Assembly (NCBI GenBank): GCA_963514005.1
Contig: OY740813.1
Location: 9,238,001 to 9,302,000, forward strand
Length of the DNA stretch: 64,000 nucleotides
Source of the DNA: Raja brachyura
Lineage: Eukaryota
Direction: 5' to 3'
This document shows positions 50,501 to 60,326 of this stretch, piece after piece. Both the position numbers and the translations under genes were made by a program. The notes under the pieces were generated by a model, which had not been told where the DNA came from, did no database searches, and saw nothing but the letters and a program-made list of their open reading frames with translations. Position 1 is the first letter of the stretch, and each line of letters starts with the position of its first letter.

Positions 50501-53500
50501 CAGTTCCATATACTTTGGTCCATATACTTTGGTCCTGGATCCAATGTATGGTCAGTGTTGTGGAGTTCAGCTCTCACACTTTCTGATTTAAAAAAAAAAA
50601 CTCATTCAACTGAAGATTTGTCTATTTTACTGCCCACTTAAAAAAACAAAATAAATCAATAGATATTTTTTAGATAATATATACATCTATATATTGAGTA
50701 TGAGTTGTATGTTGATCTTTACCCAGCCTATAAGTAGTTCATCTCTAGCACAAATTATTCAGTGGAAAGTTCAGTGAATAAGCACCCACTTTACAGTTTT
50801 ATATGGAACGTCATGTTAATACTCCATTCTACAGCCATTGTCACTTCTGACCGTATGGGTGATATTTTTATATCCTGATGCCTTCTGATTTATACATGTC
50901 CAATTAGCAGACTGAGGAGCTTTTTTCTGTTAGAACCTACTCTGTTTAAAGAATTTAGCTGAAAAGAGAGAGAGGATGTTGACGTTTGTTTAAAACCTTC
51001 CCATCCCTGATGTCTTCTTTGCTCTTGCCTCCATTCAGTTGACCCAATCTGAACCTCTTACACATGCAGCACTTTAATTAGTCCAGCACAGGTAGCTGTC
51101 CCTTCAGCATTACCTCTGGAATTATCTCTTGCATTACTGCCTCTCTCGTCTTCTTATGATTTTTCTTTAAGTCTGTGAAGTGCATGTGCCTGTTTCACTG
51201 CACTAAAGTCAATGTGTAACTATAAACCGTGGTCACCAATGAGCAATCAGAAGTGCTGATCGAAATTGCTCAAAAATCTGACTAGCTGAAGTTAATAGAC
51301 ATCAAATCAGCAACAAGAAACCCATTAAGCTATCAGGAATATCTTGCTCAATGCCTTAACAGCAACAGCATTGTCCTTGAAACCACTGCCAATACCAGTT
51401 GATCAACACTATTTGCCCAATGTAGGCAACTGAACTTGACAAGTTACTGGGTGAATGTCACTGCAGTAATTAAAGAATTTAAATAGCATGAATAAATTTA
51501 ACTGAAGTTATAGCAGAGGTACGGGGAACTGCTTTTGCTGGAACCTTGAACAATTTATTGGATTATTAAATGACAGAAACTGTATTGCTTTTTAATTGTG
51601 TGATTTTGATATTCCCTCTAACTCCAGTCCCCCAGGTTGTGCGTATTCAGGATCTAACTAAAGCTCCAAAGATTCTCAGCTTCCCACATAGGAGAATGCT
51701 CACCCTGTCTGGATACAAACTCAAAGTAAGTTTCCACACACAATGGTGGTGTGAGAATTTTGCTCAATGTATTTAAAGATAAAACTAATGTGTAGTGAAA
51801 TATGGGGTCAGAGAGGGATAGTGCACTGACCAGAGAGAGTCATGAGGAGGAACATGCATATACTACAGAGAATAAGGTGAAAGATTGGACACACGTGAAT
51901 GAGTCAAAATTAATGTAACACACGAATATGATGAACATTTGTACTCTGTTTTGTCCGAATCGGATAATTGATTAATTGGTTCTTTTCACTCCCACGTTTT
52001 ATAAAATTCTGATGTGGTGGTAGACTTCGTTTTAGCCAGTCTTGACACTCTCTCTTCCCACCCAACTGTATCTCCCTGCAGATTTGAATGGACTGAGTGC
52101 CAGCAAAGGGTTGGATTAGATCAGAATGCAATAGGCTCATTGTATAATGTAACCGTCCTGATATATACTATTCTTATAATTCCAGGAGTCAGTGTACATC
52201 TTCCGAGAGGACACTTTGCCACCCTATCGCCAGATGTTTTACCAGCTGTGTGACTTGGACGTAGACAGGTGCTGTTCATTGGACTAGAATAGGAAAGGGT
52301 TTCAGTGGGAGAGTGAATGGGACGTGCAAGAACCGGGGGAATTGGGTTTAAGCTTCTCACTATTGAACTGAGTTGTCGTGGGGATAAATATTGGCCAGGA
52401 CGTCAGCAAGAAACGTCCCCATTTTCTTCAAAACAGTGCCATCAGATCTTGTACACAGACCTGGATAGACTGATGAGACCTTGGTTTAAGTTTCCGTCAG
52501 TTAAGTTTAGTTTAGAGGTACAGCTCAGAAACAGGCCCTTCTGCCCACTGAGTCTGTGCTAAACAACGATCACCATACCCTAACACTGTCCTACACAATA
52601 GGGACATTTTACTGAATCCAATTAACCTGCAAACCGGCACATCTTTGGAATGTGGGAGGAAACCGGAGGAACTCCCATGCCGTTGCGGGGAGAAGGTACA
52701 AACTCCGTACAGACAACACCATAGTAAGATCCATAGTCAGGATCGAACTTGGGTCATTGGCGCTGTGAGGCAGCAACTCTACCAATGGCCACTGTGCCAC
52801 CAGTCAGACCTACACTAAGCCAATGTGTCTGGAGTGGGACTTTAACCTTCAACCTTCTGTCTCAGGATTCAAGTTTGTCACGATCAGGACATTGTGACCT
52901 AGACTATTGTGCATTTTCTGTAACCTTAAGTAGAATGTTATCAGTAGAAATGCATGTTTAGATTTGTGTAATGGCTTGCCTAGCTTTCAGAGTGTTGCAA
53001 GTGTTACAAATGTTGAATGATGGTTATCTCCTCTCTGAAACTGGTTCCCTTCTGTTACTTCAGTTTAAAAAAGATCATCCATCGCAATAATGGCAAAGAG
53101 GCCACATGTAATGAGAGGGATGGCTGGTGTTTGCCAAAAACCAGTGATGACCTCCGGGATCGGATGTCCAACATGATTAAAGAGGTCTGTCGCAAAAATC
53201 GAGCAGGTGAGGCCGGTGACTACACTGAAAAGAAGAATCAAAATCTTTTTCTTCGGGTCGATGTGACTTTGTTTCTCTCTCTGCTTCAACCACTGACTAT
53301 CCGTTTTCAGCTACGAACAAAGTGCTGGAGGAACTCAGTCGGTCAAGCAGCATCTGTGGAACGAATAGATGGACAACGTTTCAGTTCGTGACCCTTCTTA
53401 AGACTGAGTCATGACCTAAAACATCGCCTGTCCATTGCTTTAACAGATGCTGTCTGACCCACTAAGTTCCTCCAGCACTTTCTTTTATTTTGTTCAAGGT

Positions 53501-54873
53501 TCCAGCAAAAGCAGTTCCCCGTGCCTCTTTTTTCTCCTCTGCTGTGACTTCAGTTAAATTTATTCATGCTATTTAAATTCTTTAATTACTGCGGTGACAT
53601 TCACCCAGTAACTACCTCCCCTACACTATGGAGCCCAGTATTCCTGTGTCCGTCTTCATGCCTAGATCCAGTCGTGTTCACGTTCGCTGCTTGCTCTCCA
53701 ATATATTTTATATTGGAAGTCTGCGAACATGAGAACCTTGACCTGTGACTAGCATTTATTTGATGACTATTGTGCTGAATTGCTCTCTGCTGCAACTGGA
53801 CACGGTATCTGTGTGTAATATGTGTGAATTAAGTAATACCTCTACATAGGAGGTGTATTCCTGAAACCTCCACTATTAGAAGTTATTATAGGAAAAATAT
53901 ATATCATACACAGAGATGTTCTATAGCTTTGATGTAGAATTTTATAATAAAGACCCACAGTACAGTTTGGCTCGCCCCATCTAAGCTAGTCTGTTTGGCC
54001 CATACACCATGAGGTGTTCCAGTGCACTTCTGCCTATCTTAAAAGGAGGAAAAGCTGTGTACATGGTATTTTGAAGAGTCATTGGTTAACATTCTCAATT
54101 TGGGGATATAAAATTGTATCTTCAAATATCTCTCCAATATTTAAGCCCATATATCTTGGCCAGGCACTTCTGCAGGAGTGTTGCCTGTGCCAATAACTCT
54201 TCAGCCCACCACCCTCTTCAACCTGTGGCATTGTGCCACTCTTTGCCTCCCCATTGTTCATCCTTTCATGCTCGCCCCAAGTCTCACAGCCACTTGTTTC
54301 TACAACTCATTGGACTCATTCACTTGCAGTGATGTTGTCATCCTTGTATCTGTATAAAATGGCAATCTTGGAATTCTGCGACATCCATCCCAGTCTCAGA
54401 CTAACTGAAACATAAAGAATGTTTGTCTCTAACTTAGGGGATTTTTCATATCTGAAGCTCAAGCACCTTTGAGAATTTTGTAGCTGCCTGAACATTCTCT
54501 GTCTACAGGTGTATTGGAGATTTGACTTGGGTAACATCTCCTCTTCACTAACATGGTTCAGCATTTGGAAGTTACACTATTCACCGTCAGGAGTTGCCGT
54601 CTGGTGTTAACCTCTGGGCAGCTGGGAAGTCCAGATTGGATCTGTTCTCCCGAACACTATGAAGCTGATATTTTGGGTTTTATATGTAATTTATTTTTTT
54701 CTCCTTTTCCCTCATGCTCAGCTTCGACCTGTCTGAGAAAGAAACCATCAGTCACTCAGGAGAAAGAAGAGCATGAATCTGCAGAGGAGGAGGAGGAAGA
54801 TGAGGAAGAAGAATACGCACCGTCCGAGGGAAGCGAAAATGAAATGGAGACCGAGATTCTCGATTACATTTGA
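41360..54873 (+). CDS. GTF3C5: General transcription factor IIIC subunit 5 (TFIIIC63), complete spliced CDS, 11 exons, 1620 nt / ~539 aa
   Basis: Exons 41360-41578, 43202-43430, 43681-43879, 45152-45347, 45986-46090, 47016-47130, 49760-49840, 51628-51725, 52186-52268, 53064-53206, 54722-54873. Peptides include VCAEYPGVVRD..LGGEEGVSR, FRPKDPYCHP, LYIPPPIFSR, GPWRSLWVRFGYDPR, LPPYRQMFYQLCDL and an acidic tail ending SENEMETEILDYI*. Confidence 0.97.
41990..42485 (-). mobile_element. Rex1/Babar-type LINE 3' fragment
   Basis: FYRCATEGILSGCITAWFGN..RYRSLKTHTSRFRDSLFPAVIR-like remnant. Confidence 0.8.
43202..43430 (+). CDS. GTF3C5: GTF3C5 exon 2
   Basis: IYADPSRRLELHFRPKDPYCHPVCGNRF..MEILGIIGTTYKFQ|gtaaca. 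Confidence 0.96.
43681..43879 (+). CDS. GTF3C5: GTF3C5 exon 3
   Basis: MSDFQFLA..LPLYIPPPIFSRVDNPVDYFYRPE..|gtcagt. Confidence 0.96.
44579..44779. mobile_element. Penelope-derived fold-back insertion
   Basis: 11-bp TSD TATCACTCTTC at 44568-44578 and 44780-44790. Confidence 0.82.
45152..45347 (+). CDS. GTF3C5: GTF3C5 exon 4
   Basis: EGY..ENLIGLGRARRPHNAIFVNF..RKVEEELKG|gtgagc. Confidence 0.96.
45986..46090 (+). CDS. GTF3C5: GTF3C5 exon 5
   Basis: IFAIRPVWSRNAVK..LLPFVAYYM|gtgagt. Confidence 0.96.
46110..47000 (-). mobile_element. CR1-type LINE fragment filling GTF3C5 intron 5
   Basis: Antisense CR1 3' end and RT C-terminal remnants, matching the copy at 15700-16370. Confidence 0.78.
46364..46490 (+). 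mobile_element. Short retroposon 3' end with an (AAG)n tail, nested in CR1
   Basis: 11-bp TSD AGATGTCCTTT at 46353-46363 and 46491-46501; a second copy lies antisense at ~26797-26927. Confidence 0.75.
47016..47130 (+). CDS. GTF3C5: GTF3C5 exon 6
   Basis: LTGPWRSLWVRFGYDPRKDPKAKIYQVLDFRLRC..|gtaact. Confidence 0.96.
48480..49721. mobile_element. Non-autonomous hAT-like DNA transposon (1242 bp) in GTF3C5 intron 6
   Basis: 17-bp terminal inverted repeats (TIRs) CAGGCACGTGCCGT(C/T)AG; perfect 8-bp TSD CAGTGAGG at 48472-48479 and 49722-49729; no transposase ORF. Confidence 0.9.
49760..49840 (+). CDS. GTF3C5: GTF3C5 exon 7
   Basis: YMPSDMPVKAKRSTFNYSLPITISKP|gtaaga. Confidence 0.95.
50021..50250. 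mobile_element. Penelope-derived fold-back insertion (young)
   Basis: Near-perfect ~95-bp inverted arms centred near 50118; 14-bp TSD AATAGTTGGAACCT at 50007-50020 and 50251-50264. Confidence 0.88.
51628..51725 (+). CDS. GTF3C5: GTF3C5 exon 8
   Basis: PQVVRIQDL..GYKLK|gtaagt; phases fit. Confidence 0.88.
52186..52268 (+). CDS. GTF3C5: GTF3C5 exon 9
   Basis: ESVYIFREDTLPPYRQMFYQLCDLDVD|gtgctg. Confidence 0.95.
52505..52800 (-). mobile_element. tRNA-derived V-SINE (HE1-like)
   Basis: gtggcacagtgg..gctgcctcacagcgcc..gttcgatcctgac head, V-domain-like core and CR1-like tail. Confidence 0.75.
53064..53206 (+). CDS. GTF3C5: GTF3C5 exon 10
   Basis: LKKIIHRNNGKEATCNERDGWCLPKTSDDLRD..|gtgagg. Confidence 0.95.
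53310..53525. mobile_element. Penelope-derived fold-back
   Basis: aaagtgctggaggaactcag arm and ctaagttcctccagcacttt inverted arm. Confidence 0.72.
54722..54873 (+). CDS. GTF3C5: GTF3C5 terminal exon 11
   Basis: Acidic tail EEEEEDEEEEYAPSEGSENEMETEILDYI, then TGA. Confidence 0.94.
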
Positions 54874-55659
54874 CTGTATTGAGTGTGAGCTGGACTTGGT
54901 TACATGAGGCGAGAGACAAACACTGATTGTTGCGTTGAAAGTACACTGACAAGAGATGGTCACTATGCAGGGAATGTCTAATAATATGCAGCATGGTCTT
55001 GTGTTCATGGAGCTGGCTACATTGGACCAGCTTCTCTGACAGAAACTGCTGTTGCAGTTGATTAGTTGCTTCTGGTTTTTATTGGAATGTGAGCAAGCCG
55101 CACACGCGGTGTTCACTGACAAAGAGTTATGGAACAGGACTGCTGGTGTACAGCATCTTCTGTCTCTGTTACATGAACAGGGAGGCTATTGGATTGTGTG
55201 GAGGCTCAGTAACTGTTATCAATGGGCCATGGGTTGGTAGTTGAGCATCTCCATGTGAAAACGTGTGGTTGAGTGGTGGGCTGGTGTTCTCTGCGACTCC
55301 TTACCTTCCATGCCTTCTCCTGCAGTGGGTATCCATTCTCAATTAGGCCTTTAATAGACGGCTCATCCACCAAGACCAGCTTCCTGTTGCTGGCCACGTT
55401 GTAGGCACCAGAGCCAGTTCCAGGCATTCTCATTACAGGTACCAAAGTTTAATTGCAAGACTTTTATTGTTAGATAGTTTAGTGTTTTTAATTTGTAAAC
55501 CAATGAATGGACAGTTGTGCTTCTAGTTCTCCAAGGTGGTGATTTTCCATTTGGGATGGAATGAAATCCAGAAAGGACACTGAATTCCTTCAACAGAGCA
55601 GTGGGTCTACCATCAGACTATTGCAGAGGTGAGGGAAAGCATGGTGTTCACCGTTGTGT

Positions 55660-56430
55660 GTGAATTGAATTGAATTGAATACATTTTATTAGCCAAGTAT
55701 GTATACATACAAGGAATTTGCCTTGCTGCTTTGCTCGTAAGGATAACAACATGATATACAGTAGACCATGGTGAGTGAGGGGAGGGGGAGCTCTCCTAAA
55801 GCCTACAGTTAATTCCACTGTCTTAAGAGCATTGAGCTTCAGGTTGTTGTAATGGCACCAGGACGCCAGCTGTGTCACTTCCTGTCTGTAGGCAGATTCC
55901 TTCCCATCCTACGCTGAGGGTCAGCGGACCCGAAATGCACTTTCCCAGCCTCACATGCTGCTTCCTGTCTGTCAGGATGTTGGTGATCAATTGACAGAGG
56001 GGTTCAGGCACAGTCAACTGGGAGAGTTTGGAGTGTAGTAGCTCTGGCACAACGGTGTTGAAGGCAGATCCTTGCATAGGTCCCCTGGCAAGCTAGATGC
56101 TGGAGGATGATGTGCAGGCCTAGGTTGACTGATCTATAGGCCCGGTATGCAAACTGCAGGAGGTCCAGCAGGGGATTTGTGATACTTTTCAGCTGGGCTC
56201 GCACGTCTTTCAAGGGTTTTCACGATTACAGAGGTCAGTGTGACAGGCCTGTAGTCATTAAGACCAGTAATCCTTGGCATTTTAGGTACAGGAACAATAG
56301 TGGAGACTTTGAAGCAGGCAGGGACAGTGCAGATTTGCAAGGACTGATTGAAAATGGCTGTGTAGACTGGTGGCAGTTGTTCGGCACAGAGCTTGAGGAT
56401 AGAGGAGGAAACATTGTCCGGTTCTGGACA
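55660..56430 (-). mobile_element. Rex1/Babar-type LINE fragment (RT remnants plus 3' tail)
   Basis: [66 protein letters not shown]; (ATTCA)n tail. Confidence 0.85.
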
Positions 56431-59169
56431 GTGTATGTGTGGGTGGAGGGCTGGGGGAGGGGGGGGGGGGGGGAAATAGAGCACCCATCAGACATTAGAG
56501 GTGGAAGGGAAGAGGAGGTTCCACAATCAGACTGCTTCAGCAGTCTCAGCATTTACTGTTTTATTTCAGGTTTTCAGCACCTGTAGATTTTTGCTTTCCA
56601 AGTACAGTTGTGCCTGGATTGGTCTCTGAAGACCAGGATTCTTCCCACTTCCAGCAGTTAATACTGCAAACAAATGGGAACACCCCTGAAATGAATGTAC
56701 TTTGAACAAACCTGCACTCTGCACAAAACAGCCGGTGAATCTAGTTTCACTCAGCTTGTACGTAAATTGCTTGGCTATGGTTTGGGAGAGAACGTGTTAA
56801 TACATTTGCAAGTGAATAGTTGGAGATGGCATGCCCCTCACTCACATTACCAAACGCATCTTTAATCACTCCCCACCCTTGATATTCCCATGTGGACTTC
56901 TTGGTAGTGTGGTGTGGAGGTTGTTAGCATTAGGAAAGGATTGTGTGTGTGTGGCCTGAATGGACACAGACTGCACTCATGGGTGGCTACAGCTTCAGAA
57001 GGGCGTGAATTTGGTGAATGATGTACAGTTAACCTTGATATCTGCGGTCACTCTGAATCTGACTGAGGCAGGACATGACAGCAGCATGAAATAAGAAGGA
57101 AAGAGCCCAACAATGGGTGCAGGGTAGTGGCCCTGTGATTATTCTTTTTGTTCTTCTGTCCACCATCGTGCTGCTTCTGCAGAGAACGCTGGAAAAATTC
57201 CAAAATGACCCAGCTATCGGTGCAGATTAGGTGCTGTCGGAGAATTGTGGAGTGCAGTCGGTGTGATCCAATGCAAATGGAAAGCACGTGGGCAACAGGT
57301 GCTTGAAACTCACAACTTAAACTAATCTTAAGCGTGAGAAATTCTCAGCTGTGAAAACAGTTATTAGGATTAGTGTGTGTGCTTCGTGGAACTATTTACC
57401 TACAAGAAGCAGAAACAACAGTACCAGACCGGGGGGGTGGGGCGGGCTTTTATTGTGAGGTAGGCACAAATGATTTTTTTGGTTTCTCCGTGTTATATGG
57501 AGCTACCATCAAGACAACGGACTCTCATCCCTGTCACAGATCTGCTTTGCTATTTTTGGTGCCCTCTCTCTTTGTTTCTTCATCATTAGCTGGATGTTGT
57601 AAAACGGACTCATTGCAAAACTGTGCTCTCAATTGCATAATAAAGAGAACTGACATTTATAGTATACAAAAAAAGTGATACTATCAAAGTACCTGTCCAA
57701 GTGTTTTAATTAAAGCGATTATTGCCTATTACCTATTGATTAATTTGCACCCTTCCGGGGGTAAACGGAGAATCCCTGGACCAGATTGGAAAGTATTTCA
57801 AAGAACTGGTACCAGCAGCATTCTCCAGATGACCTCATTCAAAACTGATATGTTCCGGTGATTCTACCTTTCACATGCACAAGGAATCTCAGAGTACCAA
57901 TGTGGGATGTGAATCTGGTCTGCTGTAGTCCATGGCTGGCATGTGAGATGGACAGTCCCAGCAGTTGGAATGGATATCAGACTATCGATGGTATGCCGGA
58001 GAGCAAAGACCAAGACCTGACCGGCTCCTGGTTGGTGTTTTAATGCACAAACTTTCTCCTTCTAATGTGCACAACTCTAGTGGTATAATTTAGAAGCTAT
58101 TCCTTATTGAGGCTAAAGATGTCATGCCAAATCCAGGCCATGTTTCGAAGCAGCTCTGTAGTGTACCGAGTTCCCAGAAGTTGATCTCCTGAGATAAAAC
58201 CACCAATTAGCCCGACAAAATGTTCCTAGCAGTATTACTGTTTCTAAAAATTTTGAACAAAATTGCTCTTGCACGCATCACAACTAAGGAAATTAGGTTT
58301 GTGAATGTGCAACAGAAGCCAGGCAATTTTCAGCCATGTCAAACTTATGTAAAGTCGTTGGAATCTTTAGGGAGAGACACAAACTAAAATGTTGTCTGTC
58401 TATTCCCTCCCTTTTTCTCTCCCACACTACAATCAGCCTGAAGAAGGGTCCCGACTCGAAAAGTCATCTATTCATGTACTCCTGAGTTTCTGCCTTGAGT
58501 TAAGCCAGCACTTATACTGTGTTATACTGTCCACAGATGTTGCCTGACCCACTTTATTCCTCTTGCAGTCTGTATTTGCTTAATTATGTGTAGCATTGCC
58601 TCGACCAATTTTTTGGTGACTGTCATTTAACCAAGGAATGATGGCCAGCACAATCTAAAAGCACTTTTGTGTGGAATATATACCAGAGGTGATGCACCAA
58701 TTTCTTGGCTTCTGCATCTACTTAAGGAACTCCATGGTAATATTGAAAGCCTTTTTTTTTTCATTTTCTCTTTTCTCCAGGTAGAAACCCTAGGTTTTTC
58801 AGTTTTCCCTTGTTTTAGTAATGAATCCCAACTGTAAGTCTTCTCTGGATACACATTCCACAAGTCACTCATGTAAAGAGAAGTTTCCAGGTATTAGTGC
58901 TCTGCGTGTTCTTTATTAGCTAAACTTTGGTGTCTCTTATATTTAATGTAACTGCAGAGTGACCTTTCCCTAGCCTGTGCTGCTATCTGCAAGCCCCTAT
59001 ACCTATTGTCTATTACCTATTGATTCATTTGCACCCTTCTCAATTACAATAAGGTGCATTTATCCATTGGACTAATATCAGATCTAAAACAAATGTATGT
59101 GTTTAGCTTGATTACACAATTATATAGATGAGATGGTAAGGTTATTGAAAGTTATAAAAGCAACCATAT

Positions 59170-59900
59170 ATGATCAGTGGTCTTCTTGAAGCAGGTGGAA
59201 ACCTCAGAATGGATTAGGGCGGTTGAAGATGCAAATACTCTTGCAAGCTTGTCCATGCACGTTGTGAGGACAGGGCTGGGGACTTCATCTGGGCCAGTCG
59301 CTTTCTGCAATGGCGACCACGATCGGTGGTGTGTAGAAACATATGAGATTCCGCAACATTGCCCTCAGTAGGTTGATTGGTGCACATTCAAGACTGGCCA
59401 ACCCATGCTACTGGAATTACAGACTTCATCAGTAAGTGTTCAGAGGACTGTGTGCCAAAGAAGACGACTTGAGTGTTCCCCAACTGGAAACCATGGATGA
59501 TCCGTGAGATCCACCCTCTATTGAAGGTCAAGTCTGAGGCGTACATGTCGGGTGATTGCGAGAGGGACGGGAAATCCCTATAGAATCTCCACAAAGCCAT
59601 CAACGATGTCGAGAGAAAATTCCTGACGACTAGAATCTCAGAATAACCCCACAGCCAGTTATCAATTGTGGCAAGACGTACACGCCATAGCGGGCTACAA
59701 AGTGAAGTTGGGGAGTGCTGCTGGCATCAACACATCCCTCCCTGAGGAGCTCAAAGCATCCAATGCTTATTTTGAATAGATGGGCAATGGAAAGATGTCG
59801 CCCATTCCGGCATCCTTGGGTCCACCTGTACCCACCATCAGTTATCAGTTCCTGAAAGTGAACCATTGGAAAGCAACTGGCTGGGATGAGTCCCCGTCTT
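59170..59900. mobile_element. Rex1/Babar-type LINE internal fragments in two orientations
   Basis: + strand ITDFISKCSEDCVPKK..FPNWKPWM remnant; 59175-59310 is in the opposite orientation. Confidence 0.65.
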
Positions 59901-60039
59901 GTCCTCTGATATAGAGATATATTGATTTTGTTGATTATATCTCAATGGTTTGGTTAAAATTGTGGGGGAGGAGAGTGAACAAAGAAACCATCTGAAACAT
60001 TCCTACTTTAAGCAGGAGGTTTACTGAACTTCTGTAATA

Positions 60040-60210
60040 TTGATAAAATATTGTCACTGGCCTTGAATACTAGTCTTTTGCTGATAATAATGCCTGTCCA
60101 TGTTAAATAATGTCATTAAGATATGCTTGTTTATTAAAATAAACAGGCCAACCTTGACTCTGTTATTTGTGGCCAATACACAACGTTGGCATAGATTCAT
60201 GTATATAAAC
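60040..60210 (+). promoter_or_regulatory. CEL proximal promoter: TATA box plus NR5A2-, FOX- and GATA-like motifs
   Basis: TATATAAA at 60202-60209; TGGCCTTGA at 60058-60066 (TCAAGGCCA on - strand); CAACCTTGA at 60149-60157; TGTTTATT/AATAAACA at 60128-60145; TGATAA at 60041 and 60082. Confidence 0.6.
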
Positions 60211-60257
60211 ATGCATGTTGGAAGAGCACAGATTCAAAGTGCAGACCTGTGTGTGAG

Positions 60258-60326
60258 ATGGCTTGCTGGCAGTTTCTTGGGCTCCTGTTTGGCAGTTTCT
60301 TTCTCAGTGTTGTAGCAAGAGCCACG
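60258..60326 (+). CDS. CEL: CEL exon 1 (signal peptide)
   Basis: MACWQFLGLLFGSFFLSVVARAT|gtaagt; hydrophobic leader, phase 0, TATA box ~50 nt upstream. Confidence 0.87.

Noticed and set aside
55206-55445. - strand ORF with a good donor (..GCATGGAAG|gtaagg) as an exon of an antisense gene
   Set aside because: No convincing acceptor, partner exons or recognisable homology; it overlaps the likely GTF3C5 3' UTR.
58750-58790. Strong pyrimidine tract plus CAG upstream of CEL (a similar one at ~57140-57182)
   Set aside because: No coherent downstream exon; CEL already has a TATA-linked first coding exon.
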